Shown one piece after another: positions 55,019-64,000 of a stretch of 64,000 nt of DNA (position 1 is the first letter of the stretch; each line of letters starts with the position of its first letter). The DNA lies in contig JAQGDQ010000421.1 in NCBI GenBank assembly GCA_030141605.1, forward strand, positions 124,001 through 188,000. Direction: 5' to 3'. This stretch comes from Tubiluchus corallicola. Lineage: Eukaryota > Animalia > Priapulida. Below the pieces are notes generated by a model. The model made no database searches. It had not been told where the DNA came from and worked only from the letters and a program-made list of their open reading frames with translations. A program made the position numbers and the translations under genes.

Positions 55019-56510
55019 AAAGTGTCGGTGTCACAAATGTTAAATTCATTAACACTAAGGTACAGTATTGCGGGATAATAATCTACGACAGTACTCGACT
55101 AGTACTGTAAGCTAGACGTATAGTTTGCTGTAAACCTGGTCACCACATTAGGCTTGTGAATTTGCATCCAAATTAATTTATTCTTGCTTATTAATTCATT
55201 TTTGTCATAAGCGTATAGGTGTGATAAATAGAGAGCATCTCTAAGATGAAACCGTGTATGGAGAACATTTTTACTATAAGATTTTCCTTGTAAAAAAATT
55301 CTTTCCGTATAGTCTACAGTATTATATGCCCTGTGACACTTTCATAATGTCCTTTTGCATTACTTTTTGCCACTATTTTTTGTTTTTGTTTACTTCCCCC
55401 TAGAACGGCTGGCAACATAGCTTTACGTGTTATACGTGAAATGTGCATCTACAAGTAATGTCTATGGTGTTTAAAAATCCTTACATTGAATATCTCATAA
55501 TAATAATTTCAAAAGGCATGTGAGCAAACAGTGTCAAAAATGGAATGTACGAAGAAATTAGTTATTATTTTTGATTATAAAAAGTTGTAAATAGTGACGT
55601 AACTGTGTTCTATAACGTGAATAAATGACAACTAGAAGAATTAAATGAAGTTGTAAAGCCAGTATTAGTAAAGACCTCGTAAACGCACAGCCAGTGTTCT
55701 TGGGTGCATTTCTAAATACAGCTACTTTGACTAAATGCAACGACGATTAATGTGTTTTACTCTACAGAATCTCCTGGTTAAATGATCGTGTTAAATAATA
55801 ACTGTAAATACGCACTTTATAATTAAAGTAAACTTTCGTAAGATGACAAGTTAAGTAGCGATTGTATGCAATCCAGGTTCAATTCATTTTAGATGAAACG
55901 CAGTATAGTATGAATAGCATTCGCATCAGAAACAGGTTGAATCCGGATAGATGGCAGCGATTTGAGTTTGACAGCGAGATGACAGCGAGAAGTTTTTCAA
56001 GAAATCATCTAGCTATAATTATCAATTGTTATATCATATACAATGTAATGATTAATTAAATTGATTATTATTATTATTGTACGATATGTTGTAAATCGTG
56101 TTTTGACTTAAAAATGCAGAGTCAGAAGTGAGAAGTATTATTTACAGATTATGAGTTGCCAAGAAATATAACGTTTGAAATTTTTTACTATTGCGAAGTG
56201 GTAGATACGCAGTATTGTACATTATTAGCAGTCTGTTTGTTAATTCTGTTTAAAAGTATGAGAGTAAAAGAAAAATTGATGAGCACAACAGTATTAATTT
56301 TTGAATTATCAGTAGGAAACTCTCTGATATTAAACGTGCATTGATGTTATAAATGTGTCAATCATAAATAAAAATAAATTAATTACTCAGTAAATACTCA
56401 ATTATTTAATTTGTCTTCTAACATCAGGTGGCAGCACTGTAAATTATGTTTTCGATAGCCTGCAAAAATGTAAAAGACAACGAAAATTACCTAATAAAAA
56501 GGCTCACATG

Positions 56511-56888
56511 CAGAAGTGTATTAACCAATAGGCTAACTAGGCCCAACGTTTAAGGGACGCACATTTTAGGCGCCCAATTTTAAAAAAATCTCGTTCTACT
56601 TGGAAAATGTGTATCCGTTCATATTGATGTAACACAAGCATTGCGTAACACACCACAGGTAGGTACTGAGACCAGTCGCTATATAAGAGCCATACAACGA
56701 ACTAAAACAAGGTGCTACACAAGCAGTTGCCCACCCTGCCTGTACATAAGCGCAGTTCATATACGCGTAATTAACAACGATCATGTAGAAACAATGGTTA
56801 ATTTACTAATACACCACAAGCAATTGTTTAATCATAAATTTACAATACAGATCGGCCCGTGGCATCGTGAAGTCTTGATACGCTACTG
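56511..56888 (-). mobile_element. hAT-type MITE, inverted copy of 11920-12292
   Basis: Perfect 8-bp TSD CTCACATG (56503-56510, 56889-56896); CAG...CTG ends; homologous body. Confidence 0.85.
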
Positions 56889-58378
56889 CTCACATGCTAA
56901 TAATTGATCTTATATTTTACTAACAAAACAAAGAAAATCATCATATAATCATAAAATTTTATTTCAAGTAACAAACAACACAAAATTATTCGTTTATAGT
57001 TTGGCTCACTGTAAGCCAGTATCCAGCACTCAGGTGAGAGCCTATTAAAGCATCATTAAAACCAAGCTGCTCTTATCCTTAAAGACGAAATATTGAACTG
57101 TAACACAACATCCAGGGCGTTATTCCCCATCAAGAGCAACAGTCGTGAAGTGTATTCAGAACTTGTGAAAGCTTGTTGACTAAAAGTCAATTTGCAAGCG
57201 TTAATATTTTAATGTGCAACAAAGTTCAGAGCAAAAGCGACACTTCTGTGCCCAAAAACTGGTACTGCAATTGTAAAAAACTTGTATTTTCAAACTTCGA
57301 TAGTAGCTCATTGACGCAGTCATTTTGCCTCAGGTTTTTTCTGTTGCGAAGCCCAGATCTTCATCTGGAAGAGCCATCTACTGGATTTAAACATAACTTG
57401 AATGTGTTCTTGCAAAGTCTTGTGCAGTTGCTAAGTGTTTTGTAGAAATGCGACAAAAAACAATGGCTAACGTAAACAGTGATTTTCTCAAGATTATGTT
57501 TTTCAGTTCGTAACCTGCACCCCAACTTCAATGTGGATTATCACAGCTTAGAAATAACATAGAGTGTTGAACTTGGTATCAAACTGATCCTCATCAAGTG
57601 GAGATTCAGGATATGTGAATAACTAGAAAAGCTTCATTGCCAACTTATTGACGTTTTTCCTGTGCAAGCACCACATATAATTATCATCATCTGCTGCAAA
57701 ATTACACTAGATCACTAGAGATCAGTTATCAAGCAGTAGTGAAACGGTATCATGGAATAAAAATGTGAACAGCAACACAATTAGCTAAGAATGCTACATA
57801 TCCTCCAATAAGAGAGCGCGTCTCATTCTGTTACCAACAATGGCAGTGTCCAGGCATTAGAGACTGGGAAAATGCCGCAAAGACAAGTCAATTATTTAAA
57901 GAAAAAAATTTCATTTCATTTTCACATTATTTTACGTATTTAGTAAATAAAGGATTTTACTTATTTGCTTTCTGAACAGTGAATTTTTGCTAGCCCGAAA
58001 GGCAATTCTGAAAATCACTAGGAAATCTAAAATGGGTGAAGTGGGGAGGGGAGCACAGTAAAAGGCATTTCCAAATTCAAAATGGAGAGCACGAACGAGC
58101 GTGAGCATACTTCTCAAAATGCAAGCACAGAATATTATCAAATCAGAAAATACAGCTAGTCACCACAGTGAATAATAACTACACATTCTAAGAACTTATT
58201 TGTGGAAATATAATCATCATAATAGTTACCTATGTATGACTACTAAAATAACAGATACTATACTTTCAAATGAATTTTATAATGAAAGTTAACACTTTTC
58301 ACAACAGCTTGAATAAATATTTTCTTGCAAAATACCGATTTTGAATCACAGGTGTTAAGCATGTATAGTACTTTAGAA

Positions 58379-61010
58379 TCACGACTCTAGATTTGTTCTT
58401 CGATGCTCTGCTATCCAATCTGCTATCCTTTGTTTTAGTTCTACGTCAGGTACAACCATGTCCATTGTCAAAGGTGCTCTATTGAACGGATCGCTCTGAT
58501 CACTACAACAACGTAAAATGTAATTTCAAATTCATGCAGAAAATGACTTACTTTGTAAACGTTTGAAAATAATAATACCTGTAATTCTTACGTTCTGTAA
58601 AACAGTGACAGTCACTAATATAGCATCCTATTTCTAAGTAGAGCAATTTCTAGTTTTTCCTTTCACTAAGATTATTCAGGAACTTTTTGTGCTCCGTCTT
58701 GCAACACAAACTCTAATAAATTTCTCTACAGCAAAATTCTCTATAATCAAGGTATCTGTCATCTTTTTTAAACAAAATTCAAAGGATTCCAATTGTAAAG
58801 AAGCTCATCACCAAAACAAATAATAGAATTAACTAGGGCATACCTCAATATATGTCTAGCAATGGTAGCTCTGTCAACTGTGTTATTTGACGTGGGAAGT
58901 ATTACAGGATCCTCCATTAAGGTGCCTAAAATAGGGTCTAGGAATTCTTCCGGCGCTTCCTCGAACATTTCTTCATTTTTTTGCTGAACAGTTGCAGCAT
59001 CCTATAAGAGAATATAGTAGTATAGTTCCTTTGTTTCTGTGTCACTCTCATGAGTTGGGTTCTACTTCCCCAGGTTGATTTCAGGGGAAAAATAGATGGC
59101 GAGACAAAGCAGTAACACTACCAATATTGTAGATATTTGATGATATTGAAAGGAATTCTGCATGGGTAAAACATTTCAATAATTATAATGCAATAGAAGT
59201 GAGCAAAAGTTTCATTGTGTTACCACAAAAGGTGTACACCAAATATTTCTCCTTATTCTCAAATTTTACAATCTTTCCTAGTATTTGCCCTAAATAAACA
59301 TCTTTCATCTACTGTATTTCATATGGCAGAGATAAAAGACAATAGTTTCCATAGGCATATAATATGTCAATCTATAATGCTCTAGAGTTTTAAGAGAATT
59401 TGTCTAACATGATTATGTAAACAGATAGATTGTAGCTTCAAAATAAGAATGTGACTTTTGAGACGTGCCATGGTTATAATCGTAAAGAAGTCAAAGTGCC
59501 CATTAAGTCTCAATTTAATATTTTTATTTTTTATTTTTTTTTAATGTTTTTTTTATTTTTCAGGGAAGTCATAAAATCATAAAAGTCACAAAAATCAGAC
59601 AGATTTTATTCGAGTTAGGGTAAAAGACAACTACAACAAACCTGAAAAACTGTGAGCTAAATTTTTGCAAACTCAGTGCCTTGTTTTCAAAGTGACATTT
59701 TTGCAGCACATCATTCCAAGTATTCCAAGGTTAAAAACTGACAGAAAATTTATGGTTTTATTTTTCATAATCATTGGTATGAGTTGTATCATGGAGCTCC
59801 ATGTTATACTAAGGCACATTGTCAAGTATTGCGTGGTGTTAATAATATTGTCTACATTATTATTAAGAATGTACACTACATTATATAAGTATGTACATTT
59901 ACCAACACCTTTATTATGCACCTGGAAATTTAAGCTTAAGGGCATCCTCGCAAAATTCGCAGACATTTCCAGCACACATTAATTTCACAGTATAACAAAA
60001 CACATCAACATTATTCATCTTATCCAAAGTGATACAAGATCGTACTCCTTAAATTGCACTGAGTGCAACATTTAGTTACCTTAATTTTCTCGGCAAGAGC
60101 TCTAATCATTGGCGCGTAGTGACCATGCCCTGTTTTGATGAGAACTTTTTCTGCTTGGAAAAACAGTTTTGATGAATAAGAACGACCATCCTTCGATACG
60201 GCCGCACAAAACTGGGAACTCTCCCCGAGATTTAGGTAGATCAAGCAGATGTTGTACACAACAGCATCGGGTTTGAACTCGTAATCAGCAAAACTTTTCA
60301 CTTTTAGGTCTCTCTGTTTGGGACCAACCTGTACGACACACAAAAAAGAAAAGTCAAAACACAAGTAAAGATGCACGATATGTAACATTAATTATATTAC
60401 AGTGTTAGAGGAATAAGAGATATATTCCTTTACAAAAGCAGAACAGACTAATTACAAGATTTGATATATACAACTTGTTATTCTTATTAAAGAGCCTTTT
60501 GTTAGACAATTTAGTCCATGATGCCTGAATTTTCTTTTTCGAACTTAGGTAAACTTGACACTCCAAACTGACACATACAATTTTCATATTAAAAAAATAA
60601 AAATCAGAATCAAAAATGACATTACTCAACAATTTTTGCTTCAAATGTATTCAAACACTGAAAAAACATAATAGAAATTATTAAAAGAATAAATTAGCAA
60701 CCAAAATAAAACAAAAAAACCGACATCACACGAAGGATTTCAATAAAACATTTACCAAATGTAATAAGAAATAATTGAGCATGGCAGCAATTCTGTCCAC
60801 CATCATATTGTGCAGGAAGATGTCTTTAATTTCCTTGGTAATGAACTCTAATGCTTGAATGGTTTCATTACCCATCACATTATGAAAACGAGCGAGGAGG
60901 CTAAGTTGTTGAAAGTTAGCTTCTTCCTGTTGATGTTGGTTGGAAGGAAGATTATGGTTGCTGCTTGATGCCCTCTCTGCTTCTTTTTCCTTCAGCTGCG
61001 ACATGTACTA

Positions 61011-61041
<31 letters not shown>

Positions 61042-61847
61042 TTATTTCACTCCAGCAATACATAATTATACAATACATCATCATACAATATTATTGAAAA
61101 AAAAGAAACAGTATAGGTAAAACAAAAACGTCGATGAAGTCAAATTAACCAAATAAAAAAGTTGCTGTATGACACCTTGGAAGCTTGGCTTGTTAGGGTG
61201 GCAGAAATGAGTGAATGAAAGAATGGTTAGGGTCAGAAGAAATGATGGAATGGAAAAAATACTAAGATTAGGGATAGGAAGAAGGAAAAGAGGAGAAGAA
61301 ATGACCACAGTATATGTTTAATTTACATAGAGCTATTTTAAAATAGCATTATAATTGATTGGAGGCCATATATTGCGACTGCATGAGACATCGAAGCATT
61401 AAAATTGTATTATAAGTATGAATCAAAAATGGTCCCTTTCAAGTGCTTTTTGAAACTATAAATAGTTTTGTGTATTTTTACTTGGGCACCTATTTTATTC
61501 CAGTTGTTGGGGGCTGTGAATTTAATAAAGTGCCTGGCAGTATTAGCATGACAGTACTAATGGAAACAGATTATTGCGTGACTACATAATAAAATGAGTC
61601 TAGTAAGCAAATATACTTTAACAGAATAAGCTTATACCTACAGTAAATTATTTACAACTCGACCCGTTATAACTCGAATTCTGGCGTATCTTGAACAGAT
61701 CTCGTGAAAAAGATTTTTCCTTTAATTTTTCTCTTTACCTAACATTGAGTAACTTGAAATCTGTAACTCTAATTATTGCATAATTCAAACTGAATTCCCG
61801 GAACAATTTATGAAAATCTAACTGATATTAACCAGCCTATCTTGAGC

Positions 61848-61922
<75 letters not shown>

Positions 61923-63692
61923 TAAGTAAGTAAGGTTATTAGTTTATCACCATTTTTAAAATAGCAAAATACATAACTAAGTGATTTATAAATCTGTACA
62001 ACATACAATAATATTACAAAGTTCAAAAGTAATTATTGATTAATGGTAAAAGGGTGGCGAAAGAACAATGAGCTATCGAGGTCAGCCACCCTCTCAGAAT
62101 TGTTACTAATATAATTAATTAATGCGCATCTGCCAAAATCCCGCACAAGAAATCCTGCATGAAAGTGTGCAAGCACCATATTACCATTTTAACTGCTGGT
62201 TTCAACAAAAATGCTAAGATTTCTTGTATTACCTTAGCAGAATGCTGCACACAACGTGGCTTAACAAAAGTGGTATAATAACTAGATCACAATATTATCA
62301 TTGCTAAATTCTATTAACCATGCTGCTCAAACTACAAGAGAGGTGGACCTGTCATTTTATTTTTGATTATTCGTAAAAACTGTTGTTTGATAATTGATTA
62401 CAGTCTAAGTTTGTCATTTTCGCAGGCTGCAGTGTATGTCAGACGTCAATGAGCGACTCAATCTTGTTTTCTTACGAACATTGTCTAACTCGTACACTCA
62501 CATAAGTCAAACAAATTTTCTGGTCCTGAGGCATTCGAGTTATGCGTAATTTACTGTATACAGATAGCATTAAATACAGATATGAAATAAACTTAATTGC
62601 ATTATAAACTGCGAGGATTTTGTTTACACAAAGTTTACTATTAAGTTAAGTAATTTATGTATGGCATCTAGCTCCCAGTCACACCAGCAACAGTTTTAGC
62701 AATTTAATTAATGCAATTGAAACAAAAATATGCCTAAATTACGAAATCAGAAAGTTTCATCAGCTTCCTGTTATGAAGATCAGATAACTTACAGATAATG
62801 CTTCATCAAGTAAAAATATAGCATCATTTATCAGCAAGTTGATAAATCGTAAAAACAGTGGTGGTTGAGTTGCCTCCATGTGACCAAGAGAATATGAGGC
62901 CAACCTCTGAAATATAAAAATAAGCACTGGTTACACTCATTACAGTTTCTTAGCATTTCCTAGCATCATAGCAAAGCCTACTAGCTCAGTTAAAGAATGG
63001 ATTAAGCAACACTGGCTCTGGCTAGTGCTAGTATGAGTGATAAGCTCTGAAGCCGATCCACATTTGTGCCTTTTTATCTACTACACCATAAGATAAAGCT
63101 ACTTAAGTGAGTAGTCAGTTCAGTAGATTTTCTAGAACACTGCAATTCTACTGTGGCGATTAAGAACTAATCCTGTCAAGTTAAACACACAAGCGGCCCA
63201 ATCAATCATTAACTGCCAGGTGGCTTTTGAGGGGCGAATAAAGTGACAAAAGCCAATAGTTAACTTTGAGGAATATATCAAAATGAACAAAACAGCTTGT
63301 GGAAATATTAACAGACTGCTATGAACTGCTAAGCAGACAGATTTGGATAAAGTCTTAATTAAAAAAATAATGTTTTACATTACAATGTTATTCTTGGCTT
63401 CTCCAGACTATAATTGCAGTTAAAAATTCCAAAGGAAATAAAACAATATATCATTGAAATGTAAGTTCATATTAGATTATTTTCAAAAAACAAACATGCC
63501 TTTATTTCTGTGCGATGTATCTCAACATTCCAAATATATTTGAGCACAGCATACATTGGTCTCCTGTAGTTAAATTTTTCTTCAAATGCCACAGACTGGC
63601 CAGTCACTTCGATGCTGACAAAAACATGCAGAAGCGTCGAAGCTAAATGCTCTACACAAGGATGGTCTCGCAACAGCTGCTCTCGATTGTTC
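58379..63692 (-). CDS. UBE4A: Ubiquitin conjugation factor E4 A (U-box E3/E4 ligase, Ufd2 family), 3' six exons; 5' part lies outside the window
   Basis: Minus-strand exons 63692-63500, 62906-62793, 61007-60756, 60328-60080, 59001-58844 and 58502-58379 (TGA). They translate to [54 protein letters not shown] and a U-box ([22 protein letters not shown]...[23 protein letters not shown]), colinear with the recalled human UBE4A C-terminus. Confidence 0.93.
61010..61620 (-). mobile_element. LINE 3' fragment with a (TTGA)n tail abutting a UBE4A splice acceptor
   Basis: (TCAA)n at 61012-61040 on +, an adjacent minus-strand AATAAA, a pyrimidine-rich 3'UTR and a degenerate ..IYG...YN.. remnant. Confidence 0.5.
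61641..62556. mobile_element. Tigger/pogo-like non-autonomous transposon with an internal (TAAG)n insertion
   Basis: TA-CAGTAAATTA...TAATTTACTG-TA; subterminal ATAACTCGAAT / ATTCGAGTTAT; (TAAG)n at 61848-61933. Confidence 0.75.
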
Positions 63693-64000
63693 CTAGAAGA
63701 AATAATTTCCTCTTATTAACTAAAATAAGAAGATTATTTCAAAAGTCATAATTTTAAGCCGGTCTACATTCCTTAAAGAGGTTTAATGCTGTTACTGACT
63801 ATGTTGAAAGAGACGTGACCATTAGACTGAAAAAGAAAACCTAACCAAAATCTATTTTTATTAGGTTGACAAGGAGAAAGCCTACAAGCGACCATAAGTG
63901 TTAGAAAAGATTTTCATTTACTTGAAGTCAAAAGAGAGTCAAATTGTGAATATACATCAATGACACTTGCCTAAGCTTTCAAAATGCTTTGCAAAAGCTC

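Overview
AT-rich, repeat-dense genomic DNA from an animal, probably an invertebrate (spliceosomal introns, LINE and MITE debris, microsatellites). Three protein-coding genes can be reconstructed by hand. (1) A complete 21-coding-exon M13 metallopeptidase (neprilysin, Nep1-like; 761 aa) on + at 23495-52853. (2) A complete 4-exon gene on - at 36433-42932, nested antisense in the 11.5-kb intron 14 of the neprilysin. It encodes a ~1552-aa surface protein: signal peptide, long chaoptin-like LRR array, LRRCT, 17x20-aa mucin-like repeat, FN3 domain and hydrophobic C-terminus. (3) The 3' six exons of the U-box ligase UBE4A on - at 58379-63692, convergent with neprilysin and containing a probable GC-AG intron. 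The strongest non-coding signal is a ~220-nt retroposon at 51171-51391 (-) that begins exactly at the cleavage site of a near-canonical twister ribozyme; it sits inside a hAT MITE within the last neprilysin intron. A weaker HDV-like ribozyme candidate lies in the intron after neprilysin coding exon 1. Many MITEs with recognisable TIRs/TSDs, LINE 3' fragments and a templated-insertion rearrangement scar are also visible. All calls come from reading the sequence; no searches were run.
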